A stretch of 64,000 nucleotides of DNA from a candidate division WWE3 bacterium (GCA_013335095.1 JAAXWF010000001.1:214797-278796), one strand, 5' to 3'. Positions 40,922 through 50,571 are shown, counted from the first letter of the stretch. Numbers and translations are program-made. The notes: generated by a model from the letters alone, not told the origin.

Positions 40922-42085
40922 TTACAAATAATCGGGCATGTATTCTTTGATGTTATCGAGGGTGATTACAAAATGGTCACCACGCCCTTCAGCCATACGC
41001 AATGCGACTTTACGAACTACTGAGTTTATCGTTCGCTCCATTGTACGAATACCTGCATCATACCCAAGCGGCCTAGTGATGCTTGTCCAAACATTTGGCT
41101 CGAATTCAACCGCGTCAGCGGGCATACCAGTTAGTTTTATTTGCCGAGGAAGAAGATAATCACGCGCAATAATAATTTTTTCCTCATCTGAATATCCTGG
41201 CATTTTAATCAGTTCCATACGATCAAGTACCGCATTGCTAATTCCTCCGGTATTGTTTGCCGACGCTAAGAACATTACCTGAGATAGGTTAAAGGGATAA
41301 TCGACATAATAATCTTCAAAAGCAAAGTTCTGCTGAGGATCAAGCAACTCTAGTAAAACGCCCATAATCTGCCCACGAGCCTGCTCAGCAGTTCGGTCGA
41401 CCTCATCCAGTAAGATTACCGGATTTCTCGTTTTCGCCCGTAATAGACCCTTTATAACCTGCCCTGGTTCGGCTTCGGCAGAGGTGCGTGCTTCACCTCG
41501 AAGCTGTAGGGCGCTGCCCATACCTCCACACGGTATACGAATAAATTCGCGATTCATCGCCTTAGCAATAGAGTAAGCGATTGATGTTTTACCGATTCCT
41601 GGTAAACCGACAAAGAATAAAACAGATTGCGCTGCATGTCCTTGATTCTGCTCATCTTCCAGAATGGCGGCACGAGCGGGATCTTCTTTAGCTATTTTTT
41701 GCAAACGGAGGATTGCTATGTACTCTAAAATACGTTGTTTAACACTTTCTAAACCATGATGGGACGAAGTGAGAATCTCGTGTGCCCGATCAATATCAAG
41801 ATTATCCTCGCTCGTATTAGTCCAAGGAAGTTTTGTAACAACATCAATATATTTTTCAATCTGGTCAAAGCTAGCATTAAATGCAGCTTCACCAAATTGT
41901 CGGTTTACACTGGTCAAAAGTCGTAGCAATTTATTAATAAGTTCACTAGGGAGCTCAATTTCAGAAACTTGAGTAGCGATGCGCCGAATATCTTCGACTT
42001 GGATATCGTCAGATGCTAACCATTTCTTCAAACGGTCAATCGGAGATTCTTCGGATAATATTTCAGGGGCGATAGCAACTTCCAT
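40922..42085 (-). CDS. Lon-derived AAA+ ATPase lacking both the N-terminal LAN domain and the C-terminal protease domain
   Basis: VGLPGIGKTSIAYSIAKAMNREFIRIPCGGM...ILLDEVDR...ASANN..LDRMELIKMPGYSDEEK aligns to the Lon AAA+ module. The ORF ends 10 nt before the next gene. Confidence 0.7.
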   Translation of the reverse strand: MEVAIAPEILSEESPIDRLKKWLASDDIQVEDIRRIATQVSEIELPSELINKLLRLLTSVNRQFGEAAFNASFDQIEKYIDVVTKLPWTNTSEDNLDIDRAHEILTSSHHGLESVKQRILEYIAILRLQKIAKEDPARAAILEDEQNQGHAAQSVLFFVGLPGIGKTSIAYSIAKAMNREFIRIPCGGMGSALQLRGEARTSAEAEPGQVIKGLLRAKTRNPVILLDEVDRTAEQARGQIMGVLLELLDPQQNFAFEDYYVDYPFNLSQVMFLASANNTGGISNAVLDRMELIKMPGYSDEEKIIIARDYLLPRQIKLTGMPADAVEFEPNVWTSITRPLGYDAGIRTMERTINSVVRKVALRMAEGRGDHFVITLDNIKEYMPDYL

Positions 42086-42130
42086 ACAGAATTAGTATAC
42101 GCAAACAGAAAAAAAAGACAAATACAACAA

Positions 42131-42622
42131 TTACTCTGAGTCAGTAGATTTAGGAGACTCGGCCTGCTCGCTGGGTGCAGATTCTTTAACAGACCCGCCG
42201 GCTTTTGTAATTTTTTCTAATGCCTTGCGAGAAAATTTAAATGGTCCATCAAATACAAAGGCTTTTGTAGTTAAACCGTAGCTTAACACTTTGACGACTT
42301 TTACTTTATTAGAGACTAAATTCTTTTCTTTTAGTCCATCAAGAGTAATAACCGCATTAGTGTCAAAGAATTTGTCTATCTGACTTATATTTAAACTGGT
42401 CGGTTTGACTCGAGAGCTTCTAAACTGTTTACCTCGTAAAAACGGCAACCGAATAACAAATTTAGTTTGTCCACCTTCAAAACCTCCAGCAACATGGTTG
42501 CGTGCTCGTTGACCTGTTTGTCCACGTCCGCTCGTCTTACCTTTTCCGGAAGAATATCCACGACCAACCCTCTTACCTCGTGGATGTACGACTTTAGTTA
42601 GTTTATGCAAAACAGTACTCAT
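42131..42622 (-). CDS. rplO: 50S ribosomal protein L15
   Basis: 163 aa with a Gly/Arg-rich N-terminus (GRGYSSGKGKTSGRGQTGQ). Confidence 0.9.
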   Translation of the reverse strand: MSTVLHKLTKVVHPRGKRVGRGYSSGKGKTSGRGQTGQRARNHVAGGFEGGQTKFVIRLPFLRGKQFRSSRVKPTSLNISQIDKFFDTNAVITLDGLKEKNLVSNKVKVVKVLSYGLTTKAFVFDGPFKFSRKALEKITKAGGSVKESAPSEQAESPKSTDSE

Positions 42623-43134
42623 TATTTTTTATCCTTTCCTTTGTTTTTCGAAATTCTCCTTGAAGCTTCGGATTTTAACATAGTTAATGCTTCAAGTGTT
42701 GTATCTACGTTACCCTTTTTACTATTAGACCCTAAAATTTTTGCAACAACATTTTGTAGTCCAGCTGCCTCCAAGACCGCTCTTACCGCACCGCCAGCAC
42801 GAATGCCTGTACCTGCTGGAGCTGGTTTTAGTAAAATTCTATTTGCACCCCGTGCCAATTCAATTTCATGCGGAATAGTTCGAGCTTCACCAACGATAGG
42901 AAATGTGATCATTTCTTTACGAGCTCGACGCATTGATTTCTTTACTGCTGGTAAAACTGAAGGAGCGTGCGATAACGCAGATCCGACTTTCCCATTGCGA
43001 TCTCCTACAACAGCTAAGCAGGTAAATCCTAACCGATTTCCACCTTTAGTCTTCTTTGATGTTCGTTTAATTTGAACAACAGTTTCAACAATCTCTTGTT
43101 TATTTTCGTCTCGTGTATTTGAAGTTTCATTCAT
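42622..43134 (-). CDS. rpsE: 30S ribosomal protein S5
   Basis: 170 aa with dsRBD and S5 C-terminal domain. Abuts rplO directly, so there is no L30 gene. Confidence 0.95.
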   Translation of the reverse strand: MNETSNTRDENKQEIVETVVQIKRTSKKTKGGNRLGFTCLAVVGDRNGKVGSALSHAPSVLPAVKKSMRRARKEMITFPIVGEARTIPHEIELARGANRILLKPAPAGTGIRAGGAVRAVLEAAGLQNVVAKILGSNSKKGNVDTTLEALTMLKSEASRRISKNKGKDKK

Positions 43135-43136
43135 AA

Positions 43137-43496
43137 TTAAAACTGTAAACCTCCTTCTCTTGCACCATCAGCAACGGCTTTAATTCGACCATGATAGCGA
43201 TAGCCGGCACGATCAAATACAACTGTTTTTATACCTTTTTCAGTAGCCTGTGCGGCGATTATTTTACCAATTTCAAATGATTTTTCTACTCCTCTTTTAG
43301 TCTTCATATCTACTTTCTTATCATTATCAAGGGATGAAGCACTGCATAATGTTTTCCCCGTTTCATCATTGATAAGTTGTACATAAATATGCTCATTAGA
43401 GCGATATACAACTAATCGTGGTTTATCACCACTACCATTTAGTTTTCGTCGCAATCTAAATTGTCTTTTCTTTCTTAATACTTCTCGTTGATACAT
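43137..43496 (-). CDS. rplR: 50S ribosomal protein L18
   Basis: 119 aa with ...RLVVYRSNEHIYVQLI... signature. Confidence 0.9.
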   Translation of the reverse strand: MYQREVLRKKRQFRLRRKLNGSGDKPRLVVYRSNEHIYVQLINDETGKTLCSASSLDNDKKVDMKTKRGVEKSFEIGKIIAAQATEKGIKTVVFDRAGYRYHGRIKAVADGAREGGLQF

Positions 43497-43497
43497 A

Positions 43498-44040
43498 TTA
43501 TCCTCCTGATGCCTTTGCTGCCTTTCCAGGCTTCAATGTAATCTGTTCACCAGCATAACGGATACCTTTTCCTTGATATGGTTCTGGTGGACGAACGCGT
43601 CGAATATTTGCAGCTGTTTGTCCTACTTTTTGTTTATCAATCCCAGTAACCTTTATTAAGCCATTTTCGATATTGAGCTCAACTCCTGCAGGTGGTAAGA
43701 AATCAACCTTATGTGAATATCCAACCGCTAATTCTAAACCCTCACCCTTTTTCTGAACACGATATCCCACGCCGACTAATTCTAACTCACGGGTAAAACC
43801 AGTTGTAACTCCATGAACTGCATTAGCTAATAAACTACGCCATAATCCCCATTGTGCACGAGCTTCTCGGCCTTCACTTACAGGCGTTACGATAAGCTTA
43901 CCTTCTTTGATTTCGATGGTTATGTGGTCTGGAATGTCGAGCGTGAGTTCTCCTTTAGCGCCTTTGACATTAACAACATGACCTTGGGTCTCGATTGTTG
44001 CTCCATTTAATTCAATTGGTTTTTTTCCTATTCTTGACAT
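43498..44040 (-). CDS. rplF: 50S ribosomal protein L6
   Basis: 180 aa, MSRIGKKPIEL... with two L6 repeats. Confidence 0.95.
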   Translation of the reverse strand: MSRIGKKPIELNGATIETQGHVVNVKGAKGELTLDIPDHITIEIKEGKLIVTPVSEGREARAQWGLWRSLLANAVHGVTTGFTRELELVGVGYRVQKKGEGLELAVGYSHKVDFLPPAGVELNIENGLIKVTGIDKQKVGQTAANIRRVRPPEPYQGKGIRYAGEQITLKPGKAAKASGG

Positions 44041-44052
44041 AAATTTATCCTC

Positions 44053-44448
44053 TTACCAAACGTACGCAATAACTTCTCCACCTAAATTTTTCTTCTGTGC
44101 ATCTTGTCCAGACATAACACCCTTACTCGTTGTTACTATGCTGATACCAAATCCACCACGGATTGCAGGAATAGCTTTAGACTTTGTATACTTTCGTAAA
44201 CCTGGCTTACTTACTCGACGAATACCTTCAATAACTGGTTTACCTTGAGCATCATATTTCAATGCAATCAATAAATGTTTTTCAATGCCTTCACCATCAA
44301 CAATAACACCATCAATGAATTCATATGATTCAAGGACTTGTGCAACACCTTCTTTTAATTTGGAATATGGAACCACAACATCGAGCTTGCGAGCGAGATA
44401 TGCGTTTCGGATTCTAGTTAATAAATCAGCAATTGGATCTGTATACAT
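44053..44448 (-). CDS. rpsH: 30S ribosomal protein S8
   Basis: 131 aa, MYTDPIADLLTRIRNA... Confidence 0.95.
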   Translation of the reverse strand: MYTDPIADLLTRIRNAYLARKLDVVVPYSKLKEGVAQVLESYEFIDGVIVDGEGIEKHLLIALKYDAQGKPVIEGIRRVSKPGLRKYTKSKAIPAIRGGFGISIVTTSKGVMSGQDAQKKNLGGEVIAYVW

Positions 44449-44454
44449 AATTTC

Positions 44455-44649
44455 TTACCAGCTTGATTTTACAACGCCTGGCAACTCTCCTTTCAAGGCT
44501 TTTTCACGAAAACAAATTCTGCATAAACCGAATTTTCGCATGTATCCATGTTTACGACCACAGCGCCAACAACGGTTTACGAGCCGTACACTTGGTTCAT
44601 TTCTTTTAATTCGTTGTATATTCCTATGTTCAGTTGATATCTTAGGCAT
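44455..44649 (-). CDS. rpsZ: 30S ribosomal protein S14 type Z (zinc-binding)
   Basis: [23 protein letters not shown] CxxC...CxxC. Start trimmed to MPKISTEH (~64 aa). Confidence 0.85.
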   Translation of the reverse strand: MPKISTEHRNIQRIKRNEPSVRLVNRCWRCGRKHGYMRKFGLCRICFREKALKGELPGVVKSSW

Positions 44650-45202
44650 TTTGCTCCTTTTCAAACGGCGTTCCAAGCATAGTTAATAATTGACGTGCTT
44701 GTTCATCATTTGTAGCACTCGTAACCAATGTTATTTGTAAACCCCGAGAACGAGTAACTTTATTTGGATTGATCTCCAAAAACGTCATCTGCTCTTCAAA
44801 ACCAAATGAATAATTACCATTTCCATCAAATCCCTTTAATGACAATCCCTGAAAATCTCGCCCGCGTGGAAGGACAAAGTTAAAAACTTTATCTAGAAAA
44901 TGATACATTTTCTTTCCTCGAAGCGTAACTTTAGCACCAACGTCCATGCCTTCTCTTAATGAAAAGGCCGCAATTGATTTTCGAGCTTTCGTAACAACGG
45001 GAGCTTGACCGGTGATTGCTCGAAGCTCTTCAACAGCACTCTCGACTTCCTTAGCATTACCTTTTGCGGCACCCAGTCCCATGTTAATGACAACCTTCTT
45101 GAGAGCCGGAATGGCCATTTTACCACGATAATCACTACGTGCAACCCAGTATGGTACAACTTCTTCAGTATATTTTTGTTGAACAGATTTTATCTCTTTC
45201 AT
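44642..45202 (-). CDS. rplE: 50S ribosomal protein L5
   Basis: 186 aa in the conserved L24-L5-S14 order. Confidence 0.95.
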   Translation of the reverse strand: MKEIKSVQQKYTEEVVPYWVARSDYRGKMAIPALKKVVINMGLGAAKGNAKEVESAVEELRAITGQAPVVTKARKSIAAFSLREGMDVGAKVTLRGKKMYHFLDKVFNFVLPRGRDFQGLSLKGFDGNGNYSFGFEEQMTFLEINPNKVTRSRGLQITLVTSATNDEQARQLLTMLGTPFEKEQNA

Positions 45203-45507
45203 TATTTAATCTCCTTTTTACATTGTTTACAAAAACGGACCTTATTTTCACCTTCAACTCGATATCCGATACGGGTTTTCATCGAACAATGAGGACAGAC
45301 AACCATGACATTGCTCGCATCAATCGGAGCGGACATTTCGATTCGTCCAGCAGGTCGGTTACCTTGTGCCTTTCTATGCTTCTTTACTAGGTTTAGTCCG
45401 CCAACAACAATACGACCCTCTTGAGGTATTATTTTTTCTACAACGCCTTTACTTCCCCGTTGCTTACCCGTAATAATTTGTACAGTATCATTTATTCTTA
45501 TATTCAT
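45202..45507 (-). CDS. rplX: 50S ribosomal protein L24 (KOW), with a C-terminal CxxC...CxxC
   Basis: N-terminal KOW (VQIITGKQRGSKGVV). C-terminal ...VVCPHCSMKTRIGYRVEGENKVRFCKQCKKEIK. Confidence 0.85.
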   Translation of the reverse strand: MNIRINDTVQIITGKQRGSKGVVEKIIPQEGRIVVGGLNLVKKHRKAQGNRPAGRIEMSAPIDASNVMVVCPHCSMKTRIGYRVEGENKVRFCKQCKKEIK

Positions 45508-45509
45508 AA

Positions 45510-45878
45510 TTACCAGACCTCTTTCGCTAGGGATGCTACTTTTTTATATCCATTATCACGAACTTCGCGAGCAATAGGTCCCATTACCCGAGTTCCGATC
45601 GGCTCGCCATTTTTATCAATAAGTACCGCTGCATTATCATCAAAGCGTACATACGACCCGTCGTCTCGTTTCCTTTCTTTAGCGGTACGTACAATAACCG
45701 CTCGAGCCTTAGTCCCATCGACCATCGAGCTACTTGGATCAACTCCACGCACGACAACCGAGATTTCATCACCAACGTATGCATACTTTTTCTTACTTGT
45801 CCCTGGGATAGAAAGAACTTTCAAAAGTTTCGCACCGCTATTATCAGCTGGTCTTAAAGTTGCTTCGACCTGAATCAT
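45510..45878 (-). CDS. rplN: 50S ribosomal protein L14
   Basis: MIQVEATLRPADNSGAK... Confidence 0.95.
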   Translation of the reverse strand: MIQVEATLRPADNSGAKLLKVLSIPGTSKKKYAYVGDEISVVVRGVDPSSSMVDGTKARAVIVRTAKERKRDDGSYVRFDDNAAVLIDKNGEPIGTRVMGPIAREVRDNGYKKVASLAKEVW

Positions 45879-46114
45879 GCAACCTCCTTAATCGAAATTA
45901 CTTGCCAACTTTTAGTTTTAGAAATTGGACGACATTCTTCAAATTCGACAATGTTACCAATCACGGCTTTATTTTCTGCGTTATGGACATGATACTTCTT
46001 TCGTCGTAGCATTTTCTTTTTATACAAGGGATGCTCTTTTACGACTTCGACCTCCACCACGACGGTTTGATTCATTTTGTCTGATATAACTGTGCCAATT
46101 AATCTTCTTTTCAT
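45875..46114 (-). CDS. rpsQ: 30S ribosomal protein S17
   Basis: 79 aa OB-fold protein, GTVISDKMNQTVVVEV. Confidence 0.9.
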   Translation of the reverse strand: MKRRLIGTVISDKMNQTVVVEVEVVKEHPLYKKKMLRRKKYHVHNAENKAVIGNIVEFEECRPISKTKSWQVISIKEVA

Positions 46115-46116
46115 AA

Positions 46117-46353
46117 TTATTTAGATTCCTTTCCTACGCTACTATTACTCTCCTGCTTTTGATTTAACAAGGTCAATACCCGCGCTCGATCTCTCTTTAA
46201 AGATTTTAGCTCGTGAACATTATACTGGTTTTCTCCAAAATGTCTTGTGATATCTTTTTTTTCAATATCATGGCGCATTTCTTCGGACTGCTGAGTTAAC
46301 TCTCCTACAGTTTTTTCTTTTATCTTTTTAATAAATTCAGATCGTTTGCTCAT
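46117..46353 (-). CDS. rpmC: 50S ribosomal protein L29
   Basis: 78-aa helical protein between L16 and S17. Confidence 0.8.
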   Translation of the reverse strand: MSKRSEFIKKIKEKTVGELTQQSEEMRHDIEKKDITRHFGENQYNVHELKSLKRDRARVLTLLNQKQESNSSVGKESK

Positions 46354-46766
46354 TATGCATTCTCCTTTTTAACAAATCTTGTTTTAACACTCAATTTATG
46401 AAGTCCGCGTCGCATTGCTTCTTTACCGACTTCCTCGGTAACTCCGGTCATTTCAAATAATACATGGCCTGGTTTAATAACCGCAACATAGTGAGAAAAG
46501 GGACCTTTTCCTGAGCCCATTCGCACTTCTGGCGGTTTTTTAGTTATCGGTTTATCGGGGAAAATACGAACCCATAAACGCCCACCACGCTTAACGAAAC
46601 CACGAATAGCCTTACGAGCTGCTTCAATTTCTCGAGAACTAATCCAACCATGCTCAGTTGCCTGCAGACCGTATTCTCCGAATTCCAATGAATTACCTCG
46701 CAGTGCAAGGCCACGATTTTTACCACGATGTGTTCGTCGATATTTTAAGCGCTTTGGTTCTAACAT
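46353..46766 (-). CDS. rplP: 50S ribosomal protein L16
   Basis: [19 protein letters not shown]... Confidence 0.95.
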   Translation of the reverse strand: MLEPKRLKYRRTHRGKNRGLALRGNSLEFGEYGLQATEHGWISSREIEAARKAIRGFVKRGGRLWVRIFPDKPITKKPPEVRMGSGKGPFSHYVAVIKPGHVLFEMTGVTEEVGKEAMRRGLHKLSVKTRFVKKENA

Positions 46767-46769
46767 AGT

Positions 46770-47402
46770 TTAACGTTTCTCCTTTTTCTCTGGTTGCGTA
46801 ATCCACACTTTTACCCCAACAGTACCTTTTTTAGTCTTTGCAAATCGATATGCGTATTTTACATCAGCAGTCAACGTGGAAGTTGGTACCGATCCTTCAT
46901 AAAATTTCTCGGTACGAGCGATGGTATTACCATCAAGCCGCCCTGCGAGTACGATACGAACCCCTTTAGCTCCCGAATCCATTACTTTTTTAAGCGCACC
47001 ACTTACTGCTCGTTTGTAAGGATAGCGTCGTTCTAAAGCACCAGTAATGTTCTCGGCAACTAAAGCCGGAGACAAGTCAACATTTGGTACCTCAACAACG
47101 TTTAATCGTATCCGTCCTTCAATAATGGAGGCCAATTGTTTCTTCACCGCTTCAATCATTGCCCCACCACGTCCGATGACTAGCCCTGGTCTTGCGACCC
47201 TTAAGTCAATGCTGACATCATTATTTGAACGCGAGATAGTAATTTCATCAATACCAGCAGATCCGATCATTTGGTATAAAAGATTACGAATCTTTTCGTC
47301 TTGTTGAAGAAGTTTTGCATAATTTTTATCATCAAACCATACACTTCCCCAGTTCTTTTGAATAATTAACCTAAATCCAGTTGGATGCGTTTTCTGAGCC
47401 AT
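46770..47402 (-). CDS. rpsC: 30S ribosomal protein S3
   Basis: MAQKTHPTGFRL... with a KH domain. Confidence 0.95.
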   Translation of the reverse strand: MAQKTHPTGFRLIIQKNWGSVWFDDKNYAKLLQQDEKIRNLLYQMIGSAGIDEITISRSNNDVSIDLRVARPGLVIGRGGAMIEAVKKQLASIIEGRIRLNVVEVPNVDLSPALVAENITGALERRYPYKRAVSGALKKVMDSGAKGVRIVLAGRLDGNTIARTEKFYEGSVPTSTLTADVKYAYRFAKTKKGTVGVKVWITQPEKKEKR

Positions 47403-47849
47403 TTATTTATTTTCTCCTTTCGCTTGCTTCTTTTCTTTACTTGGGGCAACTTCCTTATCTTTTTCAACAACTGGTTTTGCTTTTACTTGTTTCTTTGGTG
47501 CTACCTTTGGTTCTTCAATAACATTCAAAACGACCCGTATATGACTATATCGTGAACGAATAGTATCGACTTGACCACGAGCCCGATAGTTCGGCTTACG
47601 AATTCGTCGACCTTCATTAATCTGAATTTCACCTAATACTAATCGATCTTCTTTTACGCCTAAATTGGACTTAGCGTTCGCGACTGCTGAATTTACTGCT
47701 TTCAATAAATACTGAGCTGACTTTTTGGGTGAAACACGTAGCAATTCACGAGCCTCATCCAATGGTTTATCTTTTACGAGAGTCGACATAACACGCATTT
47801 TAAATGGCGAATGGCGAATATTTCTTAAGTGTGATAGTACTGTTTGCAT
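47403..47849 (-). CDS. rplV: 50S ribosomal protein L22 with a Lys-rich C-terminal tail
   Basis: L22 core plus a KKQVKAKPVVEKDKEVAPSKEKKQAKGENK extension. Confidence 0.9.
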   Translation of the reverse strand: MQTVLSHLRNIRHSPFKMRVMSTLVKDKPLDEARELLRVSPKKSAQYLLKAVNSAVANAKSNLGVKEDRLVLGEIQINEGRRIRKPNYRARGQVDTIRSRYSHIRVVLNVIEEPKVAPKKQVKAKPVVEKDKEVAPSKEKKQAKGENK

Positions 47850-48136
47850 TATGATGCTCCTCCATCCTTCGGCATACCCTTCTTAGAATGTCCACCAAAT
47901 TTACGAGTCGGTGCGAATTCACCTAACTTATGGCCAACCATAGATTCAGTAACATACAGTTCTTTAAAATTCTTACCGTCATGTATCATAATGGTATAGC
48001 TAACCATTTTGGGGTGTATAACTGAGTCCCGAGCCCAAGTTTTAATTGGTTTACGCTGACCAGCAGCTTCGAGTGCTTCAATCTTTTTTAATAATTTAGG
48101 GTCTACAAATGGTCCTTTTTTTGCTGATCGTGACAT
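47849..48136 (-). CDS. rpsS: 30S ribosomal protein S19
   Basis: [12 protein letters not shown]... Confidence 0.95.
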   Translation of the reverse strand: MSRSAKKGPFVDPKLLKKIEALEAAGQRKPIKTWARDSVIHPKMVSYTIMIHDGKNFKELYVTESMVGHKLGEFAPTRKFGGHSKKGMPKDGGAS

Positions 48137-48966
48137 TATTTCTTTCTCCTTGACTTAACTATATATTTATTCGAAATTTTATTTTTCTTGCGCGTGCGAA
48201 CACCATGCGCTAGTTTACCATATACGGTCCGAGCAACACGACCTGCACCTGTGCGACCTTCTCCACCACCATGTGGGTGGTCACCAGCGGCCATAGCAGT
48301 TCCGCGAACTTTTGGTCGTCGACCAATATGACGGCTAGCTCCAGCTTTTCCTAGCTTTTTTCGAGCATGTTCAAGATTCGATAACTGTCCAATAGTTGCA
48401 TAACATTCACGGTTAAACAACCGGATCTCACCCGAAGGTAATTTGACATGAACAAGAGCTCCCTCTTTTGCCATAACTCGTGCAACTTGCCCTGCAGAAC
48501 GAACTATTTTTCCACCCTGTCCCGGATTAAGTTCAAGATTATGGACTTCAGTTCCCACTGGGATATCCCGTAGTGGTAATGCATTACCGACACGCACTTT
48601 TGCGCCCTCGCCATTCATAACGGCATCATTAATCTGCAGTCCTTTAGGTGCTAAAATATACCGTTTTTCCCCATCATCATATACTACAAGAGCAATATGC
48701 GCGGAACGATTTGGATCATATTCTAAAGACGCAACGACACCAGAAATATTTACCTTATCATATCGCTTAAAATCGACAAGTCGATACATTCTTTTATTAC
48801 CGCCGCCCTGACCACGGACACTAATAGTACCACGTGATCGTCCCGCATTTTTCTTTAAAGGTACAATAAGACTCTTTTCTGGTCCTTTATTAGACAGGTG
48901 ACCATTTTTTAAGGAAACTCGATGTCTTCGTCCTGCTGAAGTTGGTTTAAATCGCTTAGTTGCCAT
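48136..48966 (-). CDS. rplB: 50S ribosomal protein L2
   Basis: 276 aa with ...GGGEGR... C-terminal motifs. Confidence 0.97.
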   Translation of the reverse strand: MATKRFKPTSAGRRHRVSLKNGHLSNKGPEKSLIVPLKKNAGRSRGTISVRGQGGGNKRMYRLVDFKRYDKVNISGVVASLEYDPNRSAHIALVVYDDGEKRYILAPKGLQINDAVMNGEGAKVRVGNALPLRDIPVGTEVHNLELNPGQGGKIVRSAGQVARVMAKEGALVHVKLPSGEIRLFNRECYATIGQLSNLEHARKKLGKAGASRHIGRRPKVRGTAMAAGDHPHGGGEGRTGAGRVARTVYGKLAHGVRTRKKNKISNKYIVKSRRKK

Positions 48967-49285
48967 CTGCTACCTCCAATACTTTATCGAAACCATCTAT
49001 TCGTTGGCCATTTTTTAACTTTATTACGGCATGTTTTGTTGGAGATGTACGAGATACCTTACGACGCTTCAAATCCTTACGTACTTTACCGTGACGAATT
49101 ATCGTATGGATAGAAACAGCATCAACACCAAAGGTACGCTTCACTGCATCAGCAATTTCTTTCTTATTAGCATCTTTTGCAACAATGAACGAATATTGAC
49201 CCTCTGTTACAAGTCTCATCGTTTTTTCGGTAATCGCTGGTCGAATTAAAATTTGCTTACTTTGCACGATTAAATACCTCCTCAA
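48956..49285 (-). CDS. rplW: 50S ribosomal protein L23
   Basis: 109 aa between L4 and L2. Confidence 0.85.
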   Translation of the reverse strand: MRRYLIVQSKQILIRPAITEKTMRLVTEGQYSFIVAKDANKKEIADAVKRTFGVDAVSIHTIIRHGKVRKDLKRRKVSRTSPTKHAVIKLKNGQRIDGFDKVLEVADGN

Positions 49286-49892
49286 TTACTGGTAATACGT
49301 CATTCACCATTACTACTTTATCAGCATTCAGCAACACCACAGGATTTAATAAACGAGCTTCGGTTATCGCTACGTTTGGTAAATTACGAACTGACTTGAC
49401 TAACTGTTCATTTTTCTGCGGTACAACAAAAAGAACTTGTAAGTCTTGTATGGATAGTTTCTTTAATATGTCGACAACAACTTTTGTTTTAGGGTTATCT
49501 ATTTGTACATCATGCAAGCTAATAATTCGCTCGTCTTTTGCCAAGAGAGAGAGTGCACTTCGCAAAGCCTTTTGTCGCATTGGCTTACTAACGCGAATTC
49601 GAACATCAGAGGTTGGAGATATAGGATGAGCATGGCCACCACCGACCCATAGAGGGGAACGAATCGATCCATGTCGAGCTCGGCCAGTACCTTTTTGACG
49701 CCAAGGCTTATGGCCACCACCAGCAACTTCACCACGACTCTTGGTCTTTTTGGTTCCTAATGCTTTTCGCTGACGATGAACATGTATGTATTGAGCAATT
49801 AATTCAGGATTAAATTCTTGTTCAAATAGGACTGATGAGAGTTCGACGTGACCTATTTCTTTTCCATTAATATCGTATTGTTTAGCTTGCAT
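49257..49892 (-). CDS. rplD: 50S ribosomal protein L4
   Basis: 211 aa with an L4 fold signature and extended loop. Confidence 0.9.
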   Translation of the reverse strand: MQAKQYDINGKEIGHVELSSVLFEQEFNPELIAQYIHVHRQRKALGTKKTKSRGEVAGGGHKPWRQKGTGRARHGSIRSPLWVGGGHAHPISPTSDVRIRVSKPMRQKALRSALSLLAKDERIISLHDVQIDNPKTKVVVDILKKLSIQDLQVLFVVPQKNEQLVKSVRNLPNVAITEARLLNPVVLLNADKVVMVNDVLPVIEEVFNRAK

Positions 49893-50337
49893 TTTCGACT
49901 CCTTCCTCGGCAGACTTTACATTGTATACAACTTTGACAATACTGTGACGAGCCCCCGGTACTGCACCGCGAAGTAAAATCTCATTTTCACGAACTTCAA
50001 TGACATCTAAGTTCTTTACGGTAACGCGAGCTCCGCCCATGCGTCCAGCCATGCGCTGACCTCGCCACACTTTACCAGGATCAGTACCGCCTCCAATAGA
50101 ACCAGGAGCACGATGACGATCTGATTGACCGTGAGTCTTAGGTCCACCAGCAAAGCTCCAGCGCTTTACAACACCGGCAAAGCCCTTACCCTTACTGGTT
50201 CCAATAACCGTAACTACGTCTCCAGATTGTAAGAGGGTGGTATCTTCGACCTTTAATACAGTAACAGGAACAACTGTTCCATCTTCACGGAATATTTGGG
50301 TCATTTCTACTTTTCGTGCGGTCAATTCATTTTTCAT
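49882..50337 (-). CDS. rplC: 50S ribosomal protein L3, compact form (151 aa)
   Basis: [18 protein letters not shown]...[15 protein letters not shown]...APGSIGGG aligns with L3, but about 60 residues are missing internally compared with E. coli L3. Confidence 0.8.
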   Translation of the reverse strand: MKNELTARKVEMTQIFREDGTVVPVTVLKVEDTTLLQSGDVVTVIGTSKGKGFAGVVKRWSFAGGPKTHGQSDRHRAPGSIGGGTDPGKVWRGQRMAGRMGGARVTVKNLDVIEVRENEILLRGAVPGARHSIVKVVYNVKSAEEGVENAS

Positions 50338-50345
50338 AAAGCTAA

Positions 50346-50368
50346 TAAAAAGGAGCCTTCCTGGCTCC
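50346..50368 (-). promoter_or_regulatory. Hairpin (GGAGCC-AGGAA-GGCUCC) followed by U6, 14 nt upstream of the rplC start codon. Candidate attenuator or leader element
   Basis: The perfect 6-bp stem and T6 tract are read directly from the minus strand. Located between tRNA-Cys and rplC. Confidence 0.35.
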
Positions 50369-50437
50369 GCAGCAATTCACAATACCCTAGGATGTAATTA
50401 TCCAATAAGAATCAAAAGAAATTGCATGCGCGATGGT

Positions 50438-50466
50438 ATTCTAACAAAGGGAATTGACTTTGACAA
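50438..50466 (-). promoter_or_regulatory. Candidate sigma70-like promoter for the rplC operon (TTGTCA, 17 nt spacer, TAGAAT)
   Basis: Hexamers read directly on the minus strand. Position is about 100 nt upstream of the leader hairpin. Confidence 0.25.
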
Positions 50467-50571
50467 GGCAGAAAACATACAGTCCTCCTCCATGTACGAG
50501 ATGGAATCAACAAAGAGGGGCAGTTGAATAACCTTTTACATCAGCTTATCCATTTACCAAACCCTAGTAAA

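Noticed and set aside
50455-50469. Plus-strand TTGACTTTGACA as a promoter
   Set aside because: No -10 element follows, and there is no plus-strand gene within 400 nt. The minus-strand hexamers in the same region better fit the rplC operon.
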